Positions 35,749-46,823 of a stretch of 64,000 bases of DNA are shown here, piece after piece. This DNA comes from Salinispira sp. Its GTDB lineage: Bacteria; Spirochaetota; Spirochaetia; DSM-27196; Salinispiraceae. The number at the start of each line of letters is the position of its first letter. The stretch's first letter is position 1. The DNA is taken from NCBI GenBank assembly GCA_965602015.1, contig OZ271918.1:1344001-1408000 (forward strand), given 5' to 3'. The position numbers and the translations under genes were made by a program. The notes under the pieces were generated by a model, which had not been told where the DNA came from, ran no database searches, and saw nothing but the letters and a program-made list of their open reading frames with translations.

Positions 35749-38556
35749 GTGTATCTTAAGCGTATCGAATTATTCGGCTTCAAATCATTTGCCGACAAAA
35801 CGGAAATTGAATTCACCCAGGGAATTTCAGCCCTGCTCGGTCCGAACGGCTGCGGCAAAAGCAATGTGGTGGATGCAATAAAATGGGTTCTCGGCGAGCA
35901 GGCCACAAAGAGCCTCAGGGCCGAAAAAATGGAAGATGTCATTTTTAACGGCACCGAGGATCGAAAGCCCCTGAACGTCGCCGAAGTTACCCTCACGCTT
36001 GAAAACAGTGAAAACCTGCTGAGCCTGGACGCCCCGGAAATCGCCGTCAAGCGACGGCTTTTCCGGAACGGAGACAGCGAGTATTACATTAATAACACGC
36101 CGGTGAAACTCAGGGATCTCCGCGAGTTATTCCTGGACACTGGTATTGGAAAAAGCGCCTACTCGATTATGGAACAGGGAAAAATAGACCAGATCCTTTC
36201 TACCAAGCCCGAGGAGCGCCGGTACATTTTCGAAGAGGCTGCCAGCATAACCAAGTACAAGGCACGGGGTCTGGAAGCCGATCGGAAACTAAAAAGAACC
36301 GATGAAAATATTCGCCAGGTCGAGAGCATTCTCTCCGAAGTAAAAAGGACGCACGACAGTCTGGAGAAGCAGGCCGCCAAAACCCGCACCTACCATCGTC
36401 TGAAAGAGCGCCGGTTTGATCTTGAACGGGACATCCACCTGCTCCGGCTCCGGGAATATCTTGAAAAGCAGGATAAAAAGAACCGGGAGCTTCAGGAGGT
36501 AACCACTCAACGGGACGATGTGAAGTCGAATATCGATGCGATCAATGAGCACCTCGAGACTAACCTCGATCAGGTCAACAGTATGGAGAGCGAGCTCAAT
36601 GATTCGAACAAGAGGCTCTATGGTCTGACCATTGAAAAATCCAATATCACTTCTCAGATCGGGATAATCAACGAACGGGTCCGGGAGCTTGAAGAAAAGA
36701 TTCAGCAAGATAAGGCCAGAGAGCAGGGGTTCGCGCGCCGCAGGGACGAGTTTGCCGCAGAGCGTGAGGAAAAACTCAAGCAGGTCGCCCAGTTGGGTAT
36801 CAGGCTTGGGGAAGTGGCGTCCAACATCGGTGAGTTCGAAGACCGCATCAAGACCAGCGAGAAACGGGTGAGCAGCAATGAAGATGAGGAAAAGCGGCTG
36901 GAACTGGCCAACCTCGACTTGGATGTTCAAATGTCAAATCTCCAGGGAGACTTGCAGGAGCTCACTGACGATATTGTTCGGGAATTGGACGAAGGGCTAA
37001 AAGCGGGAAATATCGATCTTGAAGCCCAAAACCGCTACGCGCAAAGTATTGATGAGCGGCTCGAAGCGATGAGAAAGAGCATAGAGCGGGATCGGCAGAA
37101 GCTTGCAGATCTCGCCTCTCCCGAGGAACAGGGTGGCCTGCTCCATAATCTGTACACTGATTTCCTTGACGAGCTCTCCCGGTCCAGGGACGAGCTGTCA
37201 GCGGCCATCAGCGAATACCGCGGCACGGTTCCCGAGTTCCTCCGGGATTTTCTCGCTCCCGAGGGAATTATCACCCAAAAACGGGCAATCGATCAGCAGC
37301 TTTCGGATATCCGCAAAAACATGGATTCCAATCGAAAGCGGATCGGCGATCTCGGTGAAGAGAACAAGGGGTTGAGGGTAAAAATTCAGGAATACCGGAG
37401 TACTCTGCAAGAGCTTTTGGTGAACCAGGAGCGAATCAAGGCTCAGCAGAAAGCCGTAGAGAATGAAAGCGACAATCTGGAAGTGCAGATGCAGGAACTG
37501 GAAGCCAGAATTCTTGAAAACCGGCAAAAGATCGCTGAAGACCAAGGACGGCTGAACGGATTGCAGGAACGGATAGTGGAGCTTATCGGCGAGAAGGAAG
37601 CCCTGCAAAAAACCGAAAAAGATCTTCAGAAAGAACTTCAGAATCTGGAAAAAGGCATCTCAAGCAAAAATAAGGATCTCTCTAAAAAAGAGAAGGAGCT
37701 GCAGAAGAGCATGGAGGGTCTAGGCAAGCTTCAGGCCCGTCATGAAACGCTGCAAATGGAGCTCACGGAAACCAATACGGAAATCCGTAACCTGTATACG
37801 AATTTCAGGGATCGATACTCACGGGACCTCAGCGAATTCGAGCAGTCAGCCTTTGAGATTGCAGAGGATATCAAAACTCTCCGGCAGAATTCTTCCGATG
37901 TAAAGGAAGAGCTCCGTGCTCTCGGGTCGGTAAATCTTATGGCACTGGAAGAGTACAATGAGATTAAGGAACGCTTCGATTTTCTGAGCAATCAGCTGCA
38001 GGATTTGTACACCGCCAAAAAAGACCTGGAGGAAGTGACGGCGCAAATCCGGGACGAATCCGCCCGATTGTTTCTCGAGACCTACGAACAGATAAAAAAG
38101 AATTTTCACTCCATGTTCCGCCGGCTATTCGGCGGCGGCAGGGGAGAGCTTCGACTCACCGACCCTGAAAACGTCCTGGAATCGGGCATCGAGTTCTACG
38201 CCCAGCCACCGGGAAAAAAGCTGGAAAATATAGCCCTGTTGTCCGGTGGCGAGAGGAGCCTCACGGCGGTGGCCATGCTTTTCGCGACCTATATGGTCAA
38301 GCCGTCGCCGTTTTGTCTGCTCGACGAGATCGATGCTGCCCTCGATGAGAGCAACGTCGGGCGATTTATCAATATGCTGATGGAATTCGCCAACAGCTCC
38401 CAGTTCATCGTAATAACCCACAATAAAAAAACCGTCGCCGGTGCGAGCACCCTCCTCGGGGTTACCATGGAAGAGTCGGGGGTTTCGAAAGCCGTGTCCA
38501 TCCGTCTGGGCAGTGATGAGGAGCGCGGAAGGGTAAAGATGTATCACGAGAAATAG
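35749..38556 (+). CDS. smc: SMC chromosome segregation ATPase (short spirochaetal P115 type)
   Basis: GFKSF, GPNGCGKSN, coiled coil, LSGGE, LDEIDAALD; 935 aa. Confidence 0.92.
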   Translation: MYLKRIELFGFKSFADKTEIEFTQGISALLGPNGCGKSNVVDAIKWVLGEQATKSLRAEKMEDVIFNGTEDRKPLNVAEVTLTLENSENLLSLDAPEIAVKRRLFRNGDSEYYINNTPVKLRDLRELFLDTGIGKSAYSIMEQGKIDQILSTKPEERRYIFEEAASITKYKARGLEADRKLKRTDENIRQVESILSEVKRTHDSLEKQAAKTRTYHRLKERRFDLERDIHLLRLREYLEKQDKKNRELQEVTTQRDDVKSNIDAINEHLETNLDQVNSMESELNDSNKRLYGLTIEKSNITSQIGIINERVRELEEKIQQDKAREQGFARRRDEFAAEREEKLKQVAQLGIRLGEVASNIGEFEDRIKTSEKRVSSNEDEEKRLELANLDLDVQMSNLQGDLQELTDDIVRELDEGLKAGNIDLEAQNRYAQSIDERLEAMRKSIERDRQKLADLASPEEQGGLLHNLYTDFLDELSRSRDELSAAISEYRGTVPEFLRDFLAPEGIITQKRAIDQQLSDIRKNMDSNRKRIGDLGEENKGLRVKIQEYRSTLQELLVNQERIKAQQKAVENESDNLEVQMQELEARILENRQKIAEDQGRLNGLQERIVELIGEKEALQKTEKDLQKELQNLEKGISSKNKDLSKKEKELQKSMEGLGKLQARHETLQMELTETNTEIRNLYTNFRDRYSRDLSEFEQSAFEIAEDIKTLRQNSSDVKEELRALGSVNLMALEEYNEIKERFDFLSNQLQDLYTAKKDLEEVTAQIRDESARLFLETYEQIKKNFHSMFRRLFGGGRGELRLTDPENVLESGIEFYAQPPGKKLENIALLSGGERSLTAVAMLFATYMVKPSPFCLLDEIDAALDESNVGRFINMLMEFANSSQFIVITHNKKTVAGASTLLGVTMEESGVSKAVSIRLGSDEERGRVKMYHEK

Positions 38557-38557
38557 C

Positions 38558-38956
38558 ATGATTGATTTGGATCTCCGAAAGCACTGGAAAACCATAGCCC
38601 TCATTACGGCGGCTGCCGCCCTGCTGGCGGTCCTTATCAGCGTAATCATCGGATTGTTCCGCAATGCGGCGACACGACAAGCGCAGGAGGGGCTTTCTCC
38701 CGGCGCTGCCACTGAATCAGCGGCTTACACGCCGGAGCTCATCGACGAACTCGAGCTGCGTCCGGAAAAGCTCATGCTTTTTCCCAACATCGAGCAGTTT
38801 TACCGAGGCTGGTATGTTCCGCGGATAGAGCCGCGCCGCCAATGGGATATGGATGATTTCCGACGGTACTGGCACAATCCCCGGGAAATCGGCGGAGAGA
38901 GCCTGAGAGATCTCAACGCCCAACTCATCGATGAAATTCTCGAAGAGTACCGTTAA
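38558..38956 (+). CDS. Hypothetical membrane-anchored protein
   Basis: One N-terminal TM segment; follows smc by 1 nt. Confidence 0.65.
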   Translation: MIDLDLRKHWKTIALITAAAALLAVLISVIIGLFRNAATRQAQEGLSPGAATESAAYTPELIDELELRPEKLMLFPNIEQFYRGWYVPRIEPRRQWDMDDFRRYWHNPREIGGESLRDLNAQLIDEILEEYR

Positions 38957-39016
38957 GACAGCAGAGGATCCTTAAATTCCCAAACGCCCTGCCGATAATA
39001 AAATCGGGAGGGGACA

Positions 39017-40585
39017 ATGAAAACTGTTCTCTATATTTGCATAACAGCAATCATCATTTCTCTTGCTTCCTGCGCCACAGTGCCGAACCTGCCGGCAGAC
39101 CAGACAGTAGATGATCAGGAAGTCGAGGGGCAGGGTGCTGCAGCTGAGGAGAAGGGCCTCGTACAGGCCGAACCTCTCAAAGGCTTGGAGAACGCCGCAG
39201 GAAAAGCTCGCGCACAACTCATTTCCAAAGACCATGCTCCCGCCGAGCTCAGTTGGCGGCTTACTCCGCGCCAAGCAGAACCCCCGTTCGCCAGCCTCGC
39301 ATCTCCACGGCTTCACAATCCCGGTAAAAATACCGGCAGCGTAACCGAAGGCCTGCCGGAAACAATGGAAGGCGCCCTCAGGCTGACTGGCGAGACAGGC
39401 ACCAGGCTTTCGGAAGGCGCCGGATCGGAAAGCATTGATACTGATTCTGCGGACGCAGTTGCCCACTCAGAAATCCTTCTCCCCGCATCCGATCTTTCGG
39501 CAATCAGCCTGCGTGAACCCAGCCTCCCTGACAGTGTGGCGACAGCGTACTCCGGAGCTCAGCTCGCGGAAGGAGAATCGGCCGCGCCAGACCGGGTGAC
39601 CCCGTTATCCTTGCAATCTGCGCCGGCCGCCGAACGCGTGGCTGGGTCCGAGGAGACGTCGGCTGCGCCCGACGCCGTGACCCCGATATCCGCGGCTGCA
39701 GCGGTTCGGGAAGCTGCGGTCTCAGATTTTCAGGCATCCCGGGCAGTGAGCCGAACTGCCGGGTCTACCCAGCCAGCAAGTTCCGCCCAGCCGGAACGGT
39801 CTGGAGAAGCCGGCCAAACTTCGTCTCCAGCGGTCAACGTATCACGCCGATCTCCCGAACCGCCCATGGGCGTGGAATCCTCCGCCCGGTCAGCCCGGCA
39901 GGCAAGTCCAGCCGGTAGAAGCATGGCCGATGAAGATCATGATGATGCCGAGTATCGCTCCATTGAGCTTCCCATTTTGCAGGGCAATTCAATCGAGATT
40001 CGGCTGGAAGGTAGGGGATGGGTATTCCTCGGTTCAGACATGGACCTGCAGTTTCTCTCCAAAGAACGTGAAGAGAATGGAGAACGATTCTCCTTTTACC
40101 TGGCTGCAGCACAAAACGGTTATATTCGCTTTCAGCGCCAGGACCTGGTCAGCGGTATGCTTCAGCAAAGGAATCTTGACGCAACATTTGTTTCTGCCGA
40201 TTCCCAGCCTGGCTCTTCTGAGGCCGATGAGACTCCCCCCGCCGCCAATGACGGGACCAATGGAGCGCCGGATAGCGCTGTGCTCGTTGCTTTATCCCCC
40301 GGTAAAATAGAGACGGCGGCAATGGCGGCTGTGGACGCCGGGGAACTTTCTCGGGCCGTCGACCTTTTTTCTGAGATACTGGAAAAATTCCCTGCCTACC
40401 GATATGCCGACCGGGTACTTTTTTCAATGGGAACGATAATGGAGACGCCGGGGGTTCATCAGGATATTCCATCATCCCTGGGAATGTATCGTCTCCTCGT
40501 TGATTATCATCCGTTCTCCCGGTACGAAAGCCAGGCCCGGGAGCGAATACGGTATATCCAACGGAATTTCATCAGAGTCTTTTAA
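39017..40585 (+). CDS. Lipoprotein with low-complexity linker and C-terminal TPR/BamD-like region
   Basis: Lipobox LASC; GWVFLG; C-terminal helical repeats. Confidence 0.65.
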   Translation: MKTVLYICITAIIISLASCATVPNLPADQTVDDQEVEGQGAAAEEKGLVQAEPLKGLENAAGKARAQLISKDHAPAELSWRLTPRQAEPPFASLASPRLHNPGKNTGSVTEGLPETMEGALRLTGETGTRLSEGAGSESIDTDSADAVAHSEILLPASDLSAISLREPSLPDSVATAYSGAQLAEGESAAPDRVTPLSLQSAPAAERVAGSEETSAAPDAVTPISAAAAVREAAVSDFQASRAVSRTAGSTQPASSAQPERSGEAGQTSSPAVNVSRRSPEPPMGVESSARSARQASPAGRSMADEDHDDAEYRSIELPILQGNSIEIRLEGRGWVFLGSDMDLQFLSKEREENGERFSFYLAAAQNGYIRFQRQDLVSGMLQQRNLDATFVSADSQPGSSEADETPPAANDGTNGAPDSAVLVALSPGKIETAAMAAVDAGELSRAVDLFSEILEKFPAYRYADRVLFSMGTIMETPGVHQDIPSSLGMYRLLVDYHPFSRYESQARERIRYIQRNFIRVF

Positions 40586-40732
40586 AAACAGGCCGCACAT
40601 GCGCGGCCTCAGTCTGTTTTAACACTGCCGGATTTTTCATCGCGAGATATGAACTGAAAATATGCAGCTTGACATTGCTCGGTCCAAAACAGTATAAGTA
40701 ACACTAATTTTTTACAGGGAAGGGCTATAGAC

Positions 40733-42064
40733 GTGCTAGACCGCCTTTCGTCAAAGTTCGGCGATCTGTTTCGGCAGCTCGGCGGCAAAGCGACGATCAG
40801 CGAAAAAAATATACAGGACGCCGTTGAAGAAATAAAAATGGCGCTTCTCGAGGCGGACGTTAACCTCAGGGTGGTGCGGAGATTTGTCAACGCAACCATA
40901 AAAGAGGCCACCGGTGAACACGTGCTGCGTTCGGTCAGTCCCGGACAGCAGTTTATCAAAATTGTTCACGACCGCATCATCGGTCTCTTGGGCGATGAAC
41001 GCTCCCAGCTGGCGCTTAAAGGTCCTGATACCACCTCGGTCATCCTTCTACTCGGTCTCCAAGGTAGCGGCAAAACAACCACAGCCAGCAAACTCGCCAG
41101 GCATTTGCAAAAACAGGGACGAAAGCCGCTTTTAGTCGCCGCTGACCTGGTGAGACCCGCTGCGGTCGATCAGCTGGTGAAGCTGGGATCGGACCTTGCA
41201 ATAGATGTCTACCACGAGAACGGAGCGAAGGATCCGGTGAAGGTTGCCAAGGCGGGGCTTCGCGAAGGGAAAAAGAAGCTCTACGACACGGTAATTATTG
41301 ATACCTCGGGTCGCATGCATGTTGAAGCCGACCTGATGAAGGAGCTCAAGGCTGTGTACTCAGCCGTGAAGCCCGACGAAGCTCTCCTTGTTGCTGATGC
41401 CATGACGGGCCAGCACGCCGTGGATATTGCAAAAAGTTTCGACGAAGCCCTGGAGCTTAGCGGCGTTATCCTCAGCAAGTTTGATTCGGATACCAGGGGC
41501 GGAGCTGCACTCTCGCTCAAGTCGATTACCGGTAAGGCAATTAAGTTCATCGGTGTGGGCGAAAAGGCTGAAGACCTGGAGCCATTTATTCCCGAGAGGA
41601 TCGCCAGCCGAATACTTGGAATGGGAGATGTTGTTTCCCTTGTCGAGAAAGCCCAGGAAACCATAGACGAAGAAGAAGCCATCGAGCTGCAGAAAAAGAT
41701 GGCCAGTAAAAATTTTACTCTCGAGGATTATCTTGATCAGTTCAGCCGTATGCGGAAAATGGGCGGGCTTGAAAAAATTCTCGACATGATGCCCGGTATG
41801 CAGGGTGCCATGGAATTGGATGATGCCCAGCAAAAGCAGATGAAACGTCAGGAAGCGATTATATTATCTATGACTGTGCAGGAGCGGCAGAATCATACGA
41901 TAATCGGTCCGACCAGAAGAAAGCGCATCGCCAGGGGTAGCGGCACTTCGGTGCATATGGTAAACAAGCTCATTAAGGATTTTGAAAAAATGCGGCTCAT
42001 GATGAAGAAGGCCGCTAAGAACAAGAAGTATCAGCAGCAGATGATGCAGCAGTTCGGTGTGTAG
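40733..42064 (+). CDS. ffh: Signal recognition particle protein
   Basis: GLQGSGKTT, DTSGR, DTRGGAALS, Met-rich M domain. Confidence 0.97.
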   Translation: MLDRLSSKFGDLFRQLGGKATISEKNIQDAVEEIKMALLEADVNLRVVRRFVNATIKEATGEHVLRSVSPGQQFIKIVHDRIIGLLGDERSQLALKGPDTTSVILLLGLQGSGKTTTASKLARHLQKQGRKPLLVAADLVRPAAVDQLVKLGSDLAIDVYHENGAKDPVKVAKAGLREGKKKLYDTVIIDTSGRMHVEADLMKELKAVYSAVKPDEALLVADAMTGQHAVDIAKSFDEALELSGVILSKFDSDTRGGAALSLKSITGKAIKFIGVGEKAEDLEPFIPERIASRILGMGDVVSLVEKAQETIDEEEAIELQKKMASKNFTLEDYLDQFSRMRKMGGLEKILDMMPGMQGAMELDDAQQKQMKRQEAIILSMTVQERQNHTIIGPTRRKRIARGSGTSVHMVNKLIKDFEKMRLMMKKAAKNKKYQQQMMQQFGV

Positions 42065-42206
42065 AGGACCCTCCCTCTCGCGGCAACGCCGATTCTGACC
42101 GCCGGTTGGCGGGCATATATGCTGAGTAAAACCGCGGCTTATGGCCCCGGAAATAAATGTGAAACGAAACCTGTTGGATTGTACAGGATAGATCAGGAGG
42201 ATATCC

Positions 42207-42458
42207 GTGAGTGTGAAAATTCGCTTGAAGAGATTTGGTTCCAAGAAACGGCCTTATTACCGCATTGTGGTAATGGATTCCCGGACTGCCCGGGACGGCC
42301 GAGCCATTGAGGAACTCGGGTTCTACCATCCCATCGAAATGGAAGAGAAGCAGCTCGAGTTAAAAGAAGACAAAATCCGCCAATGGTTGGACAAAGGCGC
42401 GCAGCCTTCGGACACGGTTCGAAAACTGCTGAATAAAAAGAACTTTCATCTGAAATAG
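42207..42458 (+). CDS. rpsP: 30S ribosomal protein S16
   Basis: [25 protein letters not shown]. Confidence 0.97.
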   Translation: MSVKIRLKRFGSKKRPYYRIVVMDSRTARDGRAIEELGFYHPIEMEEKQLELKEDKIRQWLDKGAQPSDTVRKLLNKKNFHLK

Positions 42459-42492
42459 TCTCTCTTCGGAAGAAAACAAAGAGAGGTGATGT

Positions 42493-42726
42493 ATGGTGAA
42501 GGACTTTGTTGAATATGTAGCGAAATCCCTGGTGGACGAGCCTGATAACGTAGAAGTAAACGTTATAGAAGGTGAAAAGTCCACCATACTGGAGCTTAGG
42601 GTCGCCGCCGATGATATCGGAAAGGTGATAGGCAAAAACGGGCGGATCGCAAAAGCGGTTAGAACCCTGTTAAATGCAACCGCAAGCAAATCCGGTAAAC
42701 GGGTGGTGCTGGAAATAATGGACTGA
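42493..42726 (+). CDS. khpA: KH domain RNA-binding protein
   Basis: DIGKVIGKNGRIAKAVR; lies between rpsP and rimM. Confidence 0.9.
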   Translation: MVKDFVEYVAKSLVDEPDNVEVNVIEGEKSTILELRVAADDIGKVIGKNGRIAKAVRTLLNATASKSGKRVVLEIMD

Positions 42727-43241
42727 TGTCCGGCTATCTCAAAATCGGACGAATTGTGTCTTCACACGGCGTACGCGGCGAGGTGAAGGTAAAGAGTTTT
42801 TCCGGAGATGATACCCATTTCAAAAGCGCCGATTCCCTGATTCTCCGTCGAAGTGTCGGCGGCACCGTCAGGGAGCGAAAAGTTAAGCTGCTTTCCCTGC
42901 GTGGAGCGCTGCCGAATTTGATTGCTGCATTCGAGGGCATATCAAGCCCCGAGGATGCCCGGGCTTATCGGGGCGCCGAGCTGCTTATTGAGCGAAACGC
43001 TGCGCAAGCGCTTAAAGATGGTGAGTATTATTTCGCCGACCTTGAAGGCTGTGCCCTGGAGTTCAACGGTGCAGAAGTGGGTAGGGTCAAGTCGGTGTGG
43101 GAAAACAGCAATTGCGATATGCTCGAAGTGGTTCTCACTGACGGCAGAATCGCGCAGGTTCCCCTCCAGGACAAATTTGTGGCTGAGGTGGATACGCAGA
43201 ACGCACGCATTGAATTACGGGTAGATTGGATTCTGGAATGA
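42726..43241 (+). CDS. rimM: Ribosome maturation factor RimM
   Basis: IGRI...HGVRGEVKV, EYYFADLEG. Confidence 0.93.
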   Translation: MSGYLKIGRIVSSHGVRGEVKVKSFSGDDTHFKSADSLILRRSVGGTVRERKVKLLSLRGALPNLIAAFEGISSPEDARAYRGAELLIERNAAQALKDGEYYFADLEGCALEFNGAEVGRVKSVWENSNCDMLEVVLTDGRIAQVPLQDKFVAEVDTQNARIELRVDWILE

Positions 43242-43975
43242 GAATAACCATTCTGACCCTGTTCCCTCAAATTATTGAGGGATACTTCAGTTCTTCTATC
43301 ATGGCAAAGGCCGTGGAAAAGGGGCTGATTGAGTATCAATGCATAGATTTTCGCGATTATGCAACGGACAAGCATCGAACTGCCGATGATTACCCCTATG
43401 GCGGGGGAGCCGGAATGGTGCTAAAATGCGAACCCCTCGCGGGGGCTCTTGATGCGGTGAATGCTTCGAAGAAGCGGGTTGTGTTTCCAACCCCTTCGGG
43501 GCGGCCTTTCACCCAGAAAAAAGCCCGCGATCTGGCCGAATCGGATGAACTGGTTTTTATCTGCGGCCGTTACGAGGGAGTCGACCAACGTATAATAGAC
43601 GAATACGTTGATGAAGAGATAACTGTGGGCGATTATGTTCTCTCCTCAGGGGAGATTGCCAGTTTGGTCATAATCGATGGGGTTTACCGTCTGCTCGACG
43701 GAGTGATTAACAGCGAGTCCCTCGCTGAAGAGAGTCACGAAGACGGAGTGCTGGAATATCCCCATTTTACCCGTCCCGAAGAATTCCGGGGCCTGACGGT
43801 CCCTCCGGTTCTTCTCTCGGGACACCATGAAAATATCCGGCGATGGCGCCGGAAGGAGGGTATAAAAAAGACCCTCCGGATGCGTCCCGATCTGCTGGAG
43901 AACCGGGAACTGCTTCAGGAAGACGCAGAGCTTCTTTCTGAGATCGAAAAGGAGGATAATCATGGATTTGATTAA
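43238..43975 (+). CDS. trmD: tRNA (guanine-N1)-methyltransferase
   Basis: [30 protein letters not shown]. Confidence 0.97.
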   Translation: MRITILTLFPQIIEGYFSSSIMAKAVEKGLIEYQCIDFRDYATDKHRTADDYPYGGGAGMVLKCEPLAGALDAVNASKKRVVFPTPSGRPFTQKKARDLAESDELVFICGRYEGVDQRIIDEYVDEEITVGDYVLSSGEIASLVIIDGVYRLLDGVINSESLAEESHEDGVLEYPHFTRPEEFRGLTVPPVLLSGHHENIRRWRRKEGIKKTLRMRPDLLENRELLQEDAELLSEIEKEDNHGFD

Positions 43976-44324
43976 AGCGATTGAGAGCGAACAGCTCCGC
44001 GAAGTAAATGAGTTCCACATCGGCGATACGGTAAAAGTGCATTACCGAATTGTTGAGGGGAAAACCGAGCGTATCCAGGTATACGAGGGCACGGTAATTG
44101 CCCGAAACAACAGCGGGAGTTCCGCAACCTTCACCGTGCGGAAGATTTCATACGGCGTTGGAGTTGAGCGGGTTTTCCCCCTGCATTCTCCCCGTATCGA
44201 ACGGGTTGAAATGGTACGGCGCGGACGAATCCGCCGTTCCAAGCTGTATTACCTGCGTTCCCGGAAGGGTAAGGCTGCCAAGGTTCGCGAACTTATCAAG
44301 AAAAAGAGCAGCGTAAAAGGTTAG
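43962..44324 (+). CDS. rplS: 50S ribosomal protein L19
   Basis: [30 protein letters not shown]. Confidence 0.97.
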   Translation: MDLIKAIESEQLREVNEFHIGDTVKVHYRIVEGKTERIQVYEGTVIARNNSGSSATFTVRKISYGVGVERVFPLHSPRIERVEMVRRGRIRRSKLYYLRSRKGKAAKVRELIKKKSSVKG

Positions 44325-44342
44325 TCTCCGCCGGCATAATAC

Positions 44343-45353
44343 ATGCAGATATCCCCGGACGGGCCGAGGCCCGGACATACAGGAAATCAAAAAACCGCTC
44401 ATTTTACTGTAAAGGCCAGGTTAGCACCTGGTCTTTTTTCTATTTCCATGGGGGGACGGATCTTTTCCGCCCGTTCCGGACTGGATCTCACGGTGGGAAC
44501 CAGGTATTCAGGAAGACTGCAGGACTTGCAGGGCCGTCAAATCCTTAAAATCCATGAAGGCTCTCAACTAAAGGTTTCCCAACTCCTGGCGATATACCGC
44601 GACCAAAGCGGCGTACCTGACGATGCTCTGAGTCGGTTATTGCTCAGCAGATACCACCATTTTGAACGGCAGTTTTCCCCCGGAGAGTTTCGCCGGCTCT
44701 ACATGCAGCTGCAGTGGGCAACATCTCTGTTTAACCGGGAGAATGCAAAGGGCATGAATTCCCCGGGAAACCACCCGCCTTCCACCGATAGGCTGGATTC
44801 TCATATTCTCAGAATTTTGCTCACCGTGCGGGAAAAGAATTTATCCTGGGGGGATGAAGCCCTCAAAAGCTTTATCACCGCGCTAGCCGGACCGACCATC
44901 CAATCTGAGATGGCCACGCCGCATGCGGAAAACGAAGAATTGTACCGCCTCGTAGAACAGTTTAATCAAGCCGGTCAGGAAGGCGGCAAAAGCGAAGCCG
45001 GCTGGATAATTCTTCCTTTGGAAGATCGGGAGCATCCTGGGTATCGGGCATTTCTGCGATATAATGTGAAAAAACCCGACGAACCCGTCAGCTGCAGCAT
45101 AGAAGGCTGGCTTTTTCACTGGTTGCCCTCTGAAGCCCGGGTGATGTACTACTCACCGCCACATGTACCCGGCCATGAAGAGAAACGGCGTCCTTACCAC
45201 GAGATAAACGTCGATGATCAATTGCTCAACAGGCTCAAAGCTGTTAACTTTGAGAGAGTGGAAGAATTACGTTTAATACAAGACTTTGATGGATTCTCTA
45301 TCATTGGCGGCTTAGAAAGTCTTGAGCTTCAGGGCGACGACGATGCAAGATGA
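44343..45353 (+). CDS. Hypothetical protein
   Basis: 336-aa ORF in operon position between rplS and the FlhB-like gene. Confidence 0.6.
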   Translation: MQISPDGPRPGHTGNQKTAHFTVKARLAPGLFSISMGGRIFSARSGLDLTVGTRYSGRLQDLQGRQILKIHEGSQLKVSQLLAIYRDQSGVPDDALSRLLLSRYHHFERQFSPGEFRRLYMQLQWATSLFNRENAKGMNSPGNHPPSTDRLDSHILRILLTVREKNLSWGDEALKSFITALAGPTIQSEMATPHAENEELYRLVEQFNQAGQEGGKSEAGWIILPLEDREHPGYRAFLRYNVKKPDEPVSCSIEGWLFHWLPSEARVMYYSPPHVPGHEEKRRPYHEINVDDQLLNRLKAVNFERVEELRLIQDFDGFSIIGGLESLELQGDDDAR

Positions 45354-45627
45354 TCCTCACCGACCTGAGCGAAGGCGGGCGGTCGCGATTACATATAACA
45401 GGAATCTTCCGGCGCCCTTGGTACTGGCAAAGGGATTCGGCTACCGTGCCGAGGCAATTGTAGCTGCTGCTGAATCTTCCCAGGTGCCGGTGGTACGGAA
45501 TGATGAACTCAGCGGTGAGCTCATAACGCTAGAAATCGGGAATCAAATACCCGAATCATGTTACAAAGTTGTGGCTGAGCTCCTCGCTTTTGTTTACAGT
45601 ATAGATAGTAAAAAGGTTACCCAATGA
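45343..45627 (+). CDS. FlhB C-terminus-like (EscU/YscU switch-domain) protein
   Basis: AVA..Y....AP.V.AKG.G..A..I, IPE..Y.VVAELLAFVY. Confidence 0.85.
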   Translation: MQDDPHRPERRRAVAITYNRNLPAPLVLAKGFGYRAEAIVAAAESSQVPVVRNDELSGELITLEIGNQIPESCYKVVAELLAFVYSIDSKKVTQ

Positions 45628-46781
45628 GAGAAATATCCGTCGACACCCTTCAACCAGGAATGAAGTTCACCGAGGCCCTGTACATGGACGATGAAAACAT
45701 CGTTGTCCCCGAGAGGGTAGCGGTGAAGGCCAAGGACCTCGAACGCCTTAAAAAATGGAATATCAGTGTGGTCCGTACCGACGGCGAGGCAATTACCGCT
45801 GACGCCGAGGACGATGGCCCCGGCGGATTGCAGGGTTTGATTCAGAAAGCCTTCTCATCTCCCGCGCAGCGCGAAGTGACAAAGCTGTATATGAAGTATG
45901 CCCAGAAAATCAGGGATTTCTTTAGCGAAATTGATCAGCGCAACCCCCCGGACAGCGTTGAAATTAAAGACTTCATAGATAAAGTCCTAACGCTTATACA
46001 CGACCATAAAGAAGATGTCATTCAATATATTCTCTACGGAAAACACGGTGAGTCCGATGAGGCCGAAAATGCCCTTAATGCCACAATTTTGTCCATACTT
46101 ATTGGCATCGAATGCAACCTCATTTCCCATAAAATCCATCAGTTGGCCGCCTCGGCCCTGCTGCGCGACTCGGGCATGCTTCGCATCCCTCAGGCAATTC
46201 GCGAAAAGAAAGGCAGCCTCACACCTGAAGAGCTACAGCAAATCAAAACTCACCCTGTACATTCTTACCGGATAATCACCAGAGAAATCGGATTCTCGGA
46301 AGACGTCGGCATTCCTGCAATGCAGCATCAGGAGCGTTGGGACGGAAAAGGGTACCCTAAAGGAAGCAAGGGCGGTGAGATCTCACTTCATGCAAGAATC
46401 ATCTCGATAGCCGACGCCTTCGAGGCAATGGTCAGCGAACGCCCCCATCGAAGCGCCATGACCGGAAACCAGGCGATGAAGGCCATCCTCAGCGATAACG
46501 GCAGACGTTTCGACCCTGATATTTTGAAGATCGTGATCCGCACCCTTGGAATATACCCCATCGGTTCAATAGTCCAGCTCAGCAATGCTGCCATCGGCAG
46601 GGTCATTCAACACCATCCCGATGCGCCGGTGAAACCAAAAATCAAAATCATGATAAACGAGCAAGGCAAGGCCTACCTCGATGACGAGGGCGATGAAATA
46701 GACCTGGCCACCGCTAAGGGCATTTTTATCGCCAAAGCCGTAGATCCGAAGGCCGGAAGTGTAAAAGCCACCGCCGACTAA
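45624..46781 (+). CDS. HD-GYP domain protein
   Basis: QHQERWDGKGYP, IISIADAFEAM; the HD dyad appears as RD. Confidence 0.85.
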   Translation: MREISVDTLQPGMKFTEALYMDDENIVVPERVAVKAKDLERLKKWNISVVRTDGEAITADAEDDGPGGLQGLIQKAFSSPAQREVTKLYMKYAQKIRDFFSEIDQRNPPDSVEIKDFIDKVLTLIHDHKEDVIQYILYGKHGESDEAENALNATILSILIGIECNLISHKIHQLAASALLRDSGMLRIPQAIREKKGSLTPEELQQIKTHPVHSYRIITREIGFSEDVGIPAMQHQERWDGKGYPKGSKGGEISLHARIISIADAFEAMVSERPHRSAMTGNQAMKAILSDNGRRFDPDILKIVIRTLGIYPIGSIVQLSNAAIGRVIQHHPDAPVKPKIKIMINEQGKAYLDDEGDEIDLATAKGIFIAKAVDPKAGSVKATAD

Positions 46782-46823
46782 AAATCCCAACATCTCCCAT
46801 CACCTATCCCGAAGCAGAGCCGG

